Part shown: piece after piece, positions 20,924-31,086 of the stretch
Layout of the letters: every line of letters begins with the position of its first letter
Position numbering within the stretch: the first letter of the stretch is position 1
Origin: Verrucomicrobiota bacterium
GTDB taxonomy: Bacteria; Verrucomicrobiota; Verrucomicrobiia; Chthoniobacterales; SZAS-18
NCBI GenBank assembly: GCA_025353105.1
Contig: JANXRG010000059.1
Location: 2,383 to 66,382, forward strand
Reading direction: 5' to 3'
Length of the DNA: 64,000 nt
Program-made: the position numbers and the translations under genes
Notes under the pieces: generated by a model
Told to the model about the DNA's origin: nothing
What the model saw: the letters and a program-made list of their open reading frames with translations, nothing else
Databases searched by the model: none

Positions 20924-21967
20924 ATGGAGGAACGAGTGAAAGTGGCGGTGGTCGGTGCCAGCGGATATTCGGGCGAGGAGTTGGTCGGTCTCCTGCTGCG
21001 TCATCCGCGCGCCGATCTCGTATGCGTCACATCCCGCGCGGAGGCTGGTCGCCGACTCGATGACGTCTATCCGCGATTCCGCGACGCGCGTCGCGCGAGC
21101 GGGCCCGTTTTTGTCGCGCCGGCGGTCGAGACGATCATCGCCTCGGGGGCGACTTTTGGGTTCCTCGCGCTGCCCCATGGTCTGGCGGCGGAGTTTGCGG
21201 CGCCGCTGGTGGCGGCGGGTTTGCGCGTGATCGATCTCAGCGCGGATTTTCGCCTGCGCGATGCCGCCGTTTACCGCGAATTTTACGGGCACGAGCATCC
21301 GGCACCCGCGCTCCTCGCGGGCGCCGTGTATGGCCTGCCGGAACTCCGCCGCGATGAAATCGCCCGGGCGCGGCTCGTGGCTGCCCCCGGCTGCTATCCA
21401 ACCAGCGTTCTCGTGCCGCTTGTTCCGCTGCTGCGCCGGAAGCTGATCGACCCGGCCCAGATCCTCGTGAGCAGCATGAGCGGGGTGAGCGGAGCGGGGC
21501 GCAAGGCGGAGGTGGCGCTGCTATTTTCGGAATTGAACGAGTCAGCCAAGCCCTATGGCAGTCCGAAGCACCGGCATCTTTCCGAGATCGAGCAGGAGCT
21601 TTCCCTAGCCGCGGGGTTGCCCGTCGTGATCAATTTCACGCCGCACCTCATCCCGATTACACGTGGGATTGTGAGCACGATTTACGCGACGCCGAATCGC
21701 GGCGTCGACGCCGGACAAATCGGTGCCGCCTGGACGGAAGCATACGGGGCGGAGCCGTTCGTCCGCCTCCTCGAGGGCGAAGATCGCCTGCCCGAGATTC
21801 GTCACGTGGCGAACACCAATTACATCGATCTGGCGTGGCGACATGATCCACGGACGGGCCGCGTTATCCTGTTCAGCGCCGAGGACAATCTCGGGAAGGG
21901 CGCCTCCGGACAGGCCGTGCAATGTTTTAATCTGATGGCGGAATTCGCCGAGACGGCGGGGCTCTAA
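20924..21967 (+). CDS. argC: N-acetyl-gamma-glutamyl-phosphate reductase
   Basis: GASGYSG, DLSADFRL, PGCYPT, HRHLSE, DNLGKGASGQAVQ. Confidence 0.97.
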   Translation: MEERVKVAVVGASGYSGEELVGLLLRHPRADLVCVTSRAEAGRRLDDVYPRFRDARRASGPVFVAPAVETIIASGATFGFLALPHGLAAEFAAPLVAAGLRVIDLSADFRLRDAAVYREFYGHEHPAPALLAGAVYGLPELRRDEIARARLVAAPGCYPTSVLVPLVPLLRRKLIDPAQILVSSMSGVSGAGRKAEVALLFSELNESAKPYGSPKHRHLSEIEQELSLAAGLPVVINFTPHLIPITRGIVSTIYATPNRGVDAGQIGAAWTEAYGAEPFVRLLEGEDRLPEIRHVANTNYIDLAWRHDPRTGRVILFSAEDNLGKGASGQAVQCFNLMAEFAETAGL

Positions 21968-22028
21968 AAACTCGCTGGCCCGACGGGCCGTGCTCCACTA
22001 ATCTGCGCGCCCCACCGGGAAACGGAAC

Positions 22029-23252
22029 ATGCCAAGCGATCAGGACTGGAAAAGCATTCCCGGCGGCGTTACCGCCGCGGCGGGCTATTTCGCCTGGGCG
22101 ACGCATTGCGGCATCAGTCCGACAGGCAGCTCACGCAAGCCGGACCTGGCCGTGATCCATTCTGATCGCGCGGCGGTGGCGGCGGCAACGTTTACGACGA
22201 ACCAAGTCAAGGCCGCGCCGGTGCGCGTCTCCACCATGCACCTGCGCTCCGCCAGCGTGCGGGCCATCGTTTTGAACAGCGGCAACGCAAACGCGTGCAC
22301 CGGCCTGCCCGGGATTCAGGCCGCGCAGCGGATGGCGCGGTCGACCGCCGTGGCGCTGGGCCTCAAGGAGGAGCAGGTGCTCGTGTGTTCCACCGGGCGA
22401 ATCGGCGTGCCGCTGCCCGTCGAAAAAATTGAGCGGGCGATGCCGCGGATGGTTCGGCGCTCCGGACGCAACGGTAGCGCCCGCGCGGCGCGCGCGATCA
22501 TGACTTCTGACACGCGGCCGAAGGAAGCGGCCGTCCAGTTTTCCGTCCGCGGCCGGCCGGTGACGATTGGCGGCATCGCCAAGGGAGCGGGCATGATCGA
22601 TCCCAACATGGCGACGATGCTGTGCGCGCTGACGACGGACGCAAACATCGGCAAGCGTCACCTGCAGCGCGCGCTCAGCGAGGCGGTGGAGCAATCGTTC
22701 AACCGCATTACGGTGGACGGCGACATGAGTACGAACGACACGGTCATCCTGCTTGCCAACGGGCCGCGTGATGCGCCGCTGCTTCGCCCCGCGACCGCGG
22801 AGTTCGGTCGATTCCAAGCCGCGCTGACTCACCTCTGCGGACAATTTGCGCGCATGATCGTGCTGGACGGCGAGCGCGTCTCGAAGTTTGTCGAGGTCCG
22901 TGTCACCGGGGCGGCGACTCGCATCGATGCGCGCCGCGCCGCGGACGCAGTCGCCAATTCGATGCTGGTGAAGTGCGCGTGGTACGGGAGCGATCCGAAT
23001 TGGGGGCGCATTCTCGACGCGGTGGGGTATTCGGGCGCGCGGGTCCGCGAGGAGCGGGTCGATATTTTCTACAATGGCGTCAGCGCCGCGCGGGGCGGCA
23101 TGGCAACCCGGACGCCACTCGCCAAGCTCAGGGACGCGGTCAGCGCGGCGCAATTCACCGTACACATCAATCTTCACCTCGGCCTCGCGGAACACACCAT
23201 CTATACGACCGACCTGACACCCGCCTACGTCCGGTTCAACATGGGCGAGTGA
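22029..23252 (+). CDS. argJ: Bifunctional ornithine acetyltransferase
   Basis: NSGNANACTG, KGAGMI.PNMATML, VDGDMSTND, DPNWGRI. Confidence 0.97.
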   Translation: MPSDQDWKSIPGGVTAAAGYFAWATHCGISPTGSSRKPDLAVIHSDRAAVAAATFTTNQVKAAPVRVSTMHLRSASVRAIVLNSGNANACTGLPGIQAAQRMARSTAVALGLKEEQVLVCSTGRIGVPLPVEKIERAMPRMVRRSGRNGSARAARAIMTSDTRPKEAAVQFSVRGRPVTIGGIAKGAGMIDPNMATMLCALTTDANIGKRHLQRALSEAVEQSFNRITVDGDMSTNDTVILLANGPRDAPLLRPATAEFGRFQAALTHLCGQFARMIVLDGERVSKFVEVRVTGAATRIDARRAADAVANSMLVKCAWYGSDPNWGRILDAVGYSGARVREERVDIFYNGVSAARGGMATRTPLAKLRDAVSAAQFTVHINLHLGLAEHTIYTTDLTPAYVRFNMGE

Positions 23253-23340
23253 CAAGCGACGGTTTAACAACGGCTCGGTTACTGGCGTCTTCCCATTCAA
23301 ATTCGCGACATATTATTCGTCTTCCGCTAGTTTTGCCGCC

Positions 23341-24213
23341 ATGTCTCTCACCGCCGCCGATCGCATCGAAGCACTCGCCGATGCCCTTCCCTTCATTCAG
23401 AAACTGCAGGGCCAACCGCTCGTCATCAAGTACGGCGGAAGCGCGATGGAGGACGATCAGGTCATCGAGCGCACGCTGCGTGATGTCGCCTTTCTCGCCG
23501 CGGTCGGATTGAAGCCGGTCATCGTCCACGGCGGAGGCAAGGCCATCACGGCGCGCCTGCGCGACGCGGGCGTCAAGCCCGTTTTCGTCGCCGGGCTGCG
23601 CGTCACCGATGCGGCTTCGATGCGACTTGTGGCGGAGACGCTTGACGGTCAGGTCAACGGGAAGATTGTCGCGCAGCTCAACGCCGCCGGATGCAAAGCG
23701 GTGGGAATGTCCGGCCGCGATTCCGTCCTCGCGAAAAAGGCGGCCCCGGTGCCAACGAATGACGGCTTGGCGGATCTCGGTGCCGTGGGTGACGTCGAAA
23801 AAGTTTCGCTCGACGCGATCCAGGGCGCCCTCGCTCGCGGTGAGGTGCCGGTGATGTCGCCGGTGGGCCGCGACGCCGCGGGCCAGTTGCTCAACGTCAA
23901 CGCGGACACCGTGGCCGGCGCAACGGCGGCGGCACTCGGCGCGGGTCGGCTCGTTTTTCTCAGCGACGTTCCCGGTCTCATGCGCGATCCGAAGATCGCC
24001 GACTCGCTGATTCCATCGCTGCAGAGCGAGCCGGTGGCCGGTCTGCTCAAGGACGGTATTATCATCGGCGGCATGATTCCCAAGGTGGAGTCAGCCCTGC
24101 TGGCACTGTCGCGCGGGGTGGAACGCGTGCATTTGATCGACGGTCGGATTCCGCACGCGTTGCTGATGGCGCTGTTCACGCCGCACGGTATTGGCACGGA
24201 AATGCTGCCGTAG
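23341..24213 (+). CDS. argB: Acetylglutamate kinase
   Basis: IKYGGSAM, VHGGG, GLRVTD, NVNAD, GGMIPKV. Confidence 0.97.
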   Translation: MSLTAADRIEALADALPFIQKLQGQPLVIKYGGSAMEDDQVIERTLRDVAFLAAVGLKPVIVHGGGKAITARLRDAGVKPVFVAGLRVTDAASMRLVAETLDGQVNGKIVAQLNAAGCKAVGMSGRDSVLAKKAAPVPTNDGLADLGAVGDVEKVSLDAIQGALARGEVPVMSPVGRDAAGQLLNVNADTVAGATAAALGAGRLVFLSDVPGLMRDPKIADSLIPSLQSEPVAGLLKDGIIIGGMIPKVESALLALSRGVERVHLIDGRIPHALLMALFTPHGIGTEMLP

Positions 24214-24222
24214 CGCACGGGC

Positions 24223-24678
24223 CTATTTCGGCGTCGGAAACCGGCGGGCCGAGCGATCCTTGAACCCGCCTTTGGGACTATTCAGGCCAGGGTGCTTTTT
24301 GATCGCGGGGCGCGGTTTTCCACCCTTCATTCCGCCGTCGATGACCATGGGAAACGTCAGCATATTGGTCCTGTTCTGCGCCCGGAGATCGGGTTTCGCC
24401 TGGAGGACGTACGTTGCAAAGGCAATCGCCATGCGGTCGGCTCGCTTGTCGCCGCTCGACTTTGCCACGCGCAGCTGCGGCGTGCCCTCGGGTCCGCTGG
24501 GAGTGGATTCGATCGTGATCTTGAATTCCTGACCTCGCCAACTTTTCGGCCAGGGCTTGGATTTCGCGCCGAACGATTCCGGGACCAGGATCGGTTCGGC
24601 CGCGGAGAGATGAGGCAGCGACCATCCGTGGCTGACGAGCAGCGAGACGACGCCAACCACGAGCCCCGGGCGGTGCAC
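24223..24678 (-). CDS. Secreted protein with a degenerate TonB C-terminal-like domain
   Basis: Signal peptide; RVAKSSGDKRAD..A; clearly paralogous to the N-domain of 24737..25474. Confidence 0.7.
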   Translation of the reverse strand: MHRPGLVVGVVSLLVSHGWSLPHLSAAEPILVPESFGAKSKPWPKSWRGQEFKITIESTPSGPEGTPQLRVAKSSGDKRADRMAIAFATYVLQAKPDLRAQNRTNMLTFPMVIDGGMKGGKPRPAIKKHPGLNSPKGGFKDRSARRFPTPK

Positions 24679-24736
24679 AATCCGAGATTTTATCCCGATT
24701 CAACCTGTTGATTCAAGATGAATTACGACGGTAACT

Positions 24737-25474
24737 TCACGGATTCCCTGACCGGCCGTAGGAAGGCTCGCGGCCGCGGACTTCCCGATTGAATGGTTGG
24801 TGGCCATCCCGCTGATTGCCGGGCGAGCCGATCCGCGAGACGATCGGAACGACCATCGCCGAACCTGTCTTGTCCTGGGCGCAGCGCCAATGGGACAACG
24901 CCCATCGGACCGCAAAGGCGTCGAGAAACGCCGATCCGCTGGATTTGAGAAGCGAAACCTTCTCGACCTTGCCGTCGCGACCGAAGACCACGCGAATAAC
25001 CAATCGGCCGCCGGTCGTGAAGTCGGTGGCATTTTTTGGCCAGTCAGGACGCGAAATGTCGTATCCCGGCAGGCCGGCCTGGTAGACGGTATCGCCCGGC
25101 TCACTTTTGTACCCGCCCGAATGCGAAGCCCCCGCGGTTGCGTCCACGATCACGGGAAAGACGAGCTGGCTGCCCGCGTTCTTGGCGCGCAGATTGGGTT
25201 TGAGATTTAGCACATGGCTGATGTAATCCACCGCGATCTTGTCGGCGCGGGCATCCCCGCTGGATTTCTCCACGCGCACCCGCGCGCCCTTTCCGCCCGT
25301 GGCGGGCGAAGCGACGGTCACGGTAAAACGCTGTGGTGTCCAATCAGCGGGGAACGGTTTCCACAGCGCGATGAAGGAAGCCGGAACCTGAATCGGCTCC
25401 GCTTGCGCCACCCGGGATAAGGCGAGCGCGGCGAGCAGGACGACGACCGGAAAGCGAAGTTTTGAGCGCAGCAT
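24737..25474 (-). CDS. Secreted protein with two TonB C-terminal-like domains
   Basis: Signal peptide; VEKSSGDARAD and P.WP....GRLVIRVVFGRDGKVEKVSLLKSSG..LD..A...W. Confidence 0.75.
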   Translation of the reverse strand: MLRSKLRFPVVVLLAALALSRVAQAEPIQVPASFIALWKPFPADWTPQRFTVTVASPATGGKGARVRVEKSSGDARADKIAVDYISHVLNLKPNLRAKNAGSQLVFPVIVDATAGASHSGGYKSEPGDTVYQAGLPGYDISRPDWPKNATDFTTGGRLVIRVVFGRDGKVEKVSLLKSSGSAFLDAFAVRWALSHWRCAQDKTGSAMVVPIVSRIGSPGNQRDGHQPFNREVRGREPSYGRSGNP

Positions 25475-25514
25475 CGACCCAAAGTGCTAACCGCCCGAGC
25501 CGATTTGGTCACGC

Positions 25515-26348
25515 TCAAATCGCATGGTCAGACCGCCACTCGATGAAACTCTTCAGCGCGAGCGTGACGAGCGCGAGAAGCGCCAAAACGGAAGCCACGG
25601 CGAAGGCGCCGACGAAATTATACTCGTTGTAGAGAATCTCCACGTGCAACGGCATGGTGTTGGTCTGGCCGCGAATGTGCCCGCTCACGACCGACACGGC
25701 GCCGAATTCGCCCATCGCGCGGGCGTTGCAGAGAATGATCCCGTAGAGCAGGCCCCACTTTGCGTTGGGCAAGGTGACGCGCCAAAACGTCTGCCAACCA
25801 CTTGCGCCCAGGCTCAGCGCGGCGTGTTCCTGGTCGCGCCCCTGCGCCTCGAGGAGCGGAATCAGCTCGCGCGCGACGAACGGAAACGTCACGAAAATCG
25901 TCGCGAGCACGATGCCGGGCACGGCGAAGATCACTTGGAGATGGTGCTGCCTGAGCCACGGCCCAAACCAGCCCTGCGCGCCGAACAGCAGCACATAGAC
26001 GAGCCCGGAGACGACCGGTGAAACCGAGAACGGCAGATCGATCAGCGTGGTGAGCACGGTCTTGCCGCGGAAATCAAAGCGCGCGATCGCCCACGCCGCG
26101 GCGAGGCCGAAAATCGTGTTGGCCGGGACGGCGATGGCGGCGACCAGCAGCGTGAGTCGCACGGCGGCGAGCGCGTCCGGTTCGCGGAGCGCGGCGAAAT
26201 ACATCGCCGTCCCCTTGGTAAAAGCCTCCGTGAAAATGATCAGCAACGGCAGCAGCAGGAAGGCCGCGAGAAAAAGCAGCGCGACGCCGATGAGGATGCG
26301 CCGGACGAAAGGCGCGTCCGCGGTGGCTGGTCGAGTGGTTGCGCTCAT
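25515..26348 (-). CDS. cysW: Sulfate ABC transporter permease CysW
   Basis: DLPFSVSPVVSG, FVTFPFVARE, ARAMGEFGAVSVVSG. Confidence 0.95.
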   Translation of the reverse strand: MSATTRPATADAPFVRRILIGVALLFLAAFLLLPLLIIFTEAFTKGTAMYFAALREPDALAAVRLTLLVAAIAVPANTIFGLAAAWAIARFDFRGKTVLTTLIDLPFSVSPVVSGLVYVLLFGAQGWFGPWLRQHHLQVIFAVPGIVLATIFVTFPFVARELIPLLEAQGRDQEHAALSLGASGWQTFWRVTLPNAKWGLLYGIILCNARAMGEFGAVSVVSGHIRGQTNTMPLHVEILYNEYNFVGAFAVASVLALLALVTLALKSFIEWRSDHAI

Positions 26349-26356
26349 GGGTCGGG

Positions 26357-27190
26357 TCAATGCGTCGTCGCGCGCCGTCCGCTCCACCACTGCAGCAGAT
26401 TGATGATGAGCAGCAGCGCGAACGAGATCAGGAGCATCACGACCGCGATGGCCGTGGCCCCGGCGTAGTCGTATTGCTCCAGCTTCGTGACGATGAGCAG
26501 GGGAGTGATCTCGGTCTTCATCGGCATGTTGCCGGAAATGAATACCACCGAGCCGTACTCCCCGACGGCCCGCGCAAACGCGAGCGCAAAGCCCGTCAAC
26601 AGCGACGGCCAGAGCGCCGGCAGCACGACCCGCCTGAACGATTGCCACCGTGTCGCTCCGAGGCTCGCGGCGGCCTCCTCAAAATCGGGTTCCAAATCTT
26701 CCAGCACGGGTTGCACCGTGCGCACCACGAAAGGGAGACCGATGAACGTCAACGCCACAAAGATGCCGAGCGGCGTAAACGCGACTTTGATTCCGACGTA
26801 ATCCAACCACGCCCCGATCCAGCCGTTCTTTGCGTATAACGCCGTCAAGGCGATGCCTGCCACCGCCGTCGGCAGCGCGAACGGAAGATCCACGAGCGCG
26901 TCCACAAAACGGCGACCCGGAAACCGGTAGCGAACGAGTACCCATGCGACCAACAGACCCGCTCCGAGATTGAGCGTGGCGGCGGCTAGGGACGTGCCGA
27001 ATGTGAGCTGCAGCGACGCGAGCACCCGCGGCGCGGTGGCCAGGAGCCAGAATTTTCCCCAGCCGAGCGTGGCGGTCTTGAGAAACGTCGCGGACAGCGG
27101 AATGAGCACGACCAGCGAAAGGTAAAGCAGGGTGAAACCCAACGTCAGGCCGAAGCCGGGTATCACGCGTCTGGCGCTCGCGGTGGACAT
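26357..27190 (-). CDS. cysT: Sulfate ABC transporter permease CysT
   Basis: [37 protein letters not shown]. Confidence 0.96.
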   Translation of the reverse strand: MSTASARRVIPGFGLTLGFTLLYLSLVVLIPLSATFLKTATLGWGKFWLLATAPRVLASLQLTFGTSLAAATLNLGAGLLVAWVLVRYRFPGRRFVDALVDLPFALPTAVAGIALTALYAKNGWIGAWLDYVGIKVAFTPLGIFVALTFIGLPFVVRTVQPVLEDLEPDFEEAAASLGATRWQSFRRVVLPALWPSLLTGFALAFARAVGEYGSVVFISGNMPMKTEITPLLIVTKLEQYDYAGATAIAVVMLLISFALLLIINLLQWWSGRRATTH

Positions 27191-27196
27191 CAGGGG

Positions 27197-28192
27197 CTAT
27201 TTCTTCGCGACCATTTGATCAAAGACGCCGCCATCGTCGAAATGAGTCTTCTGCGCCTGCCGCCAGCCGCCGAAGATCTCATCGATGGTGAACAGCGTGA
27301 TGCGCGGAAACACCTTTTCATAAGATTGGGCAACCGACGCGAGGCGCGGCCGGTAATAGTTCCGGGCCGCAATCCTCTGGCCTTTCTCCGCGTAAAGGAA
27401 GCGCAAGTATTCCTCGGCGACCTTCCGTGTCCCCTTTTTTTCGACGACTTTGTCGACCACCGTGACCGGCGGTTCCGCGAGAATGCTGGCGGCCGGCGCG
27501 ATGATTTCGAATTTGTCCGACCCGAATTCCTTGAGGGCGAGAAAGGCTTCGTTTTCCCACGCGATGAGCACGTCACCGAGCCCGCGCTGGACGAAGGTCG
27601 TGGTGGATCCGCGCGCGCCGGAATCAAGCACCGGGACGTTTTGGTAGAGCTTGGAGACGAATTCACGTGCCTTGACCTGGTCACCTCCGCTCTGTCGGAG
27701 CGCGTGGCCCCACGCGGCGAGATAATTCCAGCGCGCGCCGCCGGACGTTTTCGGATTGGGCGTGATGACCGCGACGCCGGGCTTAATCAAATCGTCCCAG
27801 TCCTTAAGGCCCTTGGGATTGCCTTTGCGAACCAGAAACACGATCGTCGACGTGTAGGGCGAACTGTTTTCGGGCAGGCGCTGCTGCCAATCGGCGGGCA
27901 CGAGAGCGCCATGGAGATACAGCGCATCAATGTCATACGCCAGCGCGAGCGTGACGACGTCGGCCTGCAGGCCGTCGATGACGGAGCGCGCCTGCTTCCC
28001 CGACCCGCCGTGGGATTGCTTGATGACGACGGTTTCGCCTGTCTTCGCTTTCCAGTGCTGGACAAAGGCTTGATTGATCTCCTGGTAGAGTTCACGCGTT
28101 GGATCGTAGGAAACGTTCAGCAACGTGATGTCGGCGCCCGGGAGTCGACCGGCCGCCGCGACCGCAGCAAGAATGGCGAAGATGCGTTTCAC
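27197..28192 (-). CDS. sbp: Sulfate-binding periplasmic protein
   Basis: [37 protein letters not shown]. Confidence 0.96.
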   Translation of the reverse strand: MKRIFAILAAVAAAGRLPGADITLLNVSYDPTRELYQEINQAFVQHWKAKTGETVVIKQSHGGSGKQARSVIDGLQADVVTLALAYDIDALYLHGALVPADWQQRLPENSSPYTSTIVFLVRKGNPKGLKDWDDLIKPGVAVITPNPKTSGGARWNYLAAWGHALRQSGGDQVKAREFVSKLYQNVPVLDSGARGSTTTFVQRGLGDVLIAWENEAFLALKEFGSDKFEIIAPAASILAEPPVTVVDKVVEKKGTRKVAEEYLRFLYAEKGQRIAARNYYRPRLASVAQSYEKVFPRITLFTIDEIFGGWRQAQKTHFDDGGVFDQMVAKK

Positions 28193-28215
28193 GGTCGGGT
28201 GATTTCAGTGGGGAG

Positions 28216-29967
28216 TTATTCGGCAAACGCCACCTCGATCCTACTCTCGGCGCGGGCGGCACGTTCGGCCAGTTCAAGATGAAATTGTTGCGGATGCGGA
28301 GCGGGTCCGTTCACGTGGGTCCGACCCCAATATGCGGAAAATGTTTCGTCGTTTTCGCGTTCCCGGACAAATTCCTCGAGGTATCCACGCACCACCGCCG
28401 GCACGTCGGCGGTCGCCACCGTCTTCTGCTCCAGTCCCGCCAACCGATCGCCGGCAATCGAACCGCCCACGAATAACGCATACTTGCCGGGCGCGCGCCC
28501 GACCAGGGAGAAGTCCGCGTTATACGGCCGCGCGCAGCCGTTCGGGCAGCCGGTCATGCGGAATAGGATCGGCTCATCGGTGAGGTCGAGATCGCGCAGA
28601 ACTTCGTCAATTCCATCGAGCAAGCTGGGCAGAATGCGCTCACTTTCCGCCAGCGCGAGTCCGCACGTCGGCAGCGCCACGCACGCGTGCGCCACGCGCC
28701 GCAAGGCCGAAAGGCCACCGGGGTCCGGCACCCCGAAGGCGCGCAGGGTCCGCTCAAGTGACTCGCGCTGATCGGGTTCGATGTTCGTCAAGAGCAGGTT
28801 TGTGTTTGGCGTTAGGCGCAACGTGAAGCCAAAGCGCTCCGCGACGGCGCGGAAGGCGCTGCGATAGCGCGTATCGTCCTGGTCGAGGATTCGCCCTCCG
28901 GGCACCTGCACACCGTAAAACCAGCGACCGTCACCCTGCTCATGCCAGCCGAGTCGATCCGCGACGGTGGAAAATTCGATCACCTTCGGCTCGAACGTCC
29001 GCCACTGACCGAGTCGCTGGGTTACCTCACCGCGGAACCATTCGAGGCCGCGATCCTCGATCAGATATTTCAGCCGCGCGCGTTTGCGATCGGTTCGGTT
29101 GCCGTGATCGCGCTGGGTGGTTACCACCGCGACCGCCGTCTCCACCGCGTCTTCGCGACGAACGTAGAAGAGCGGCTGCGCGAGAGTGGGGAAGGTCGAA
29201 TGAATGCCGTGCGTCATCCCGAAACCGCCGCCGACGAGCACGGTATAGCCTTCGATTTCACCGTGCGGAGCAAAAGGGACGAAGCCGAGATCCTGTGAAT
29301 AAATGTCGACATCGTTTTGGGGAGGAACCGCGATGCCAATCTTGAATTTTCTCGGCAGGCAGACTTCGCCGTAGATCGGATCGGTTTCGCCGTCGGCCGC
29401 CGCCGGTTCCGGTTCGATGGGCACCCGCTCGCCCTGGAACCAGATTTCGCTGTAGGCCCGAGACCGCGCGAGGAACCGCTCGCTTAGGGACCGGGCAAAT
29501 CGGTGCACCTCCGCGTGCACGGCGTCCGCGATCGGCGCCGCCGGCGCCATCGTGTTGCGGACCACGTCGCCGCACGCGCCCCAGGTCGTGAGTCCCGCGG
29601 CGCGAATCTGCGCGATCGTTTCGCGCAGGTCGCCCTTGAGCACGCCGTGCAGTTGAATGCCCTGCCGCGTGGTGAGCCGCAGCGTCGAGTTTCCCAGCGA
29701 ACCTGCGAGATCGTCGTGGGCGATATATTGCGCCGCCGTCAATTCGCCGCCCGGCATCTTTGTGCGCACCATGAACATCCAGGCCTTGTCGCCCGTCGTC
29801 GCGCCCTTGCGCCGGTCGCGGTCATCCTGCTGGTACGTCCCGTGGAATTTCAGCAGCGTGGCATCCTCCTCGGAAAAGCGGGTGGCGTCCGACCCGAGGG
29901 TCCGACCGATTTCGCCCCGCAACCCCTGGCTTTCCGCCTTCACTTGTTCGACTGATTGTTTTGGCAT
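28216..29967 (-). CDS. cysI: Sulfite reductase hemoprotein (siroheme/4Fe-4S)
   Basis: KFHGTYQQDDRD, TTRQ, LPRKFK, CVALPTC, GCPNGC; no cysJ in the window. Confidence 0.9.
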   Translation of the reverse strand: MPKQSVEQVKAESQGLRGEIGRTLGSDATRFSEEDATLLKFHGTYQQDDRDRRKGATTGDKAWMFMVRTKMPGGELTAAQYIAHDDLAGSLGNSTLRLTTRQGIQLHGVLKGDLRETIAQIRAAGLTTWGACGDVVRNTMAPAAPIADAVHAEVHRFARSLSERFLARSRAYSEIWFQGERVPIEPEPAAADGETDPIYGEVCLPRKFKIGIAVPPQNDVDIYSQDLGFVPFAPHGEIEGYTVLVGGGFGMTHGIHSTFPTLAQPLFYVRREDAVETAVAVVTTQRDHGNRTDRKRARLKYLIEDRGLEWFRGEVTQRLGQWRTFEPKVIEFSTVADRLGWHEQGDGRWFYGVQVPGGRILDQDDTRYRSAFRAVAERFGFTLRLTPNTNLLLTNIEPDQRESLERTLRAFGVPDPGGLSALRRVAHACVALPTCGLALAESERILPSLLDGIDEVLRDLDLTDEPILFRMTGCPNGCARPYNADFSLVGRAPGKYALFVGGSIAGDRLAGLEQKTVATADVPAVVRGYLEEFVRERENDETFSAYWGRTHVNGPAPHPQQFHLELAERAARAESRIEVAFAE

Positions 29968-30173
29968 GAATGGAACCCGTTTTCCGCGCGCTCATCGCGA
30001 AGAGGGCCGACGCTATTTAAAAAGACATATATGTCGATAGACATTATAGGAATATGACGCAGTGGGCGCGAGCGAGCGTATGTGGTGAATCCGAATGCTT
30101 GGTTGGGCGGGAGTGCTTCCGTGAGTTTCGAGAAATGAACTCACCCCCGAAGTTTCCACTGGACGATATCGAA

Positions 30174-30190
30174 TTTCCAAATTATGGAAA
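30174..30190. promoter_or_regulatory. Putative IclR-family operator TTTCC-N7-GGAAA
   Basis: TTTCCAAATTATGGAAA directly before the regulator start; second copy at 42587-42603. Confidence 0.6.
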
Positions 30191-30195
30191 TATGG

Positions 30196-31032
30196 ATGGA
30201 CGCCTTGAAAACGCAGCGCAGCGCCGGATCGGTGCAGTCCGTGGAGCGGACGTTCGACCTTTTTGAGGCGCTGGTGGCAGCCGGGCAGGCGGTGCCGCTC
30301 AGCGAGTTGAGCGCGCGGGCCGGACTGCCACTCGGCACGACGCATCGCCTGCTCGCGACGCTGACCGCGCGCGGTTACGCGCGGCAGGATCCGGAGACCC
30401 GCGCCTACGCGGTGGGGTACAAGGTCATGGATTGGGCGACGCGCGTGGGCGCGAATCAACTGCTCGAGGTCGCACGGCCGCACATGAGGACCTTGATGCA
30501 CGAGACGGGTGAAACGGTGAATCTCGTCATCCTTGATCGCACGCAAATCGTTTACGCGGATCAGGTCGCCCCCGAGCGCCTCGTACGCATGTTCACGGAG
30601 GTGGGCAATCGCGCGCCGGTGCATTCGTCGGGCGCGGGCAAGGCATTGCTGGCTTTTCGGCCGCTCCCCGAGGCCCGCGCCTTGATGACGCAACTCGAAT
30701 TGAAGGGCTACACGTCAAAAACGATCACGTCGCTCAGCCGGCTCGAATCGGCGCTCGCCCAGATTCGCGAGCTCGGTTACGCGGTGGACGACGGAGAGTT
30801 TGAGGAGGGCGTCCGCTGCCTGGCCGCTCCGATCCTGAACAGCAGTGGAATTTCGGTCGCCGCGATCAGCATCAGCGGTCCGGCCAGCCGCGTCTCGCCG
30901 GACAAGGTCGCGCCCTTCGCCCAGAAGTTGAAGCGTTGCGCCGCGAAGGTCTCCTCGGCCCTCGGCTACGGCCAGGTTCCACCGCGCGGGACGCGGGCGC
31001 CCGGGCGCTCACGCGCTGCCGCCGTCCCCTGA
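30196..31032 (+). CDS. IclR family transcriptional regulator
   Basis: VQSVER, HTH LSELS...GL..GT.HRLL, TGETVNL, GKALLA; alternative start 30184. Confidence 0.94.
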   Translation: MDALKTQRSAGSVQSVERTFDLFEALVAAGQAVPLSELSARAGLPLGTTHRLLATLTARGYARQDPETRAYAVGYKVMDWATRVGANQLLEVARPHMRTLMHETGETVNLVILDRTQIVYADQVAPERLVRMFTEVGNRAPVHSSGAGKALLAFRPLPEARALMTQLELKGYTSKTITSLSRLESALAQIRELGYAVDDGEFEEGVRCLAAPILNSSGISVAAISISGPASRVSPDKVAPFAQKLKRCAAKVSSALGYGQVPPRGTRAPGRSRAAAVP

Positions 31033-31086
31033 AACTCGCCGATTGCGTCGGTTCCCTTTTCCTGTTGCACTAATCTCCATCCCCCG

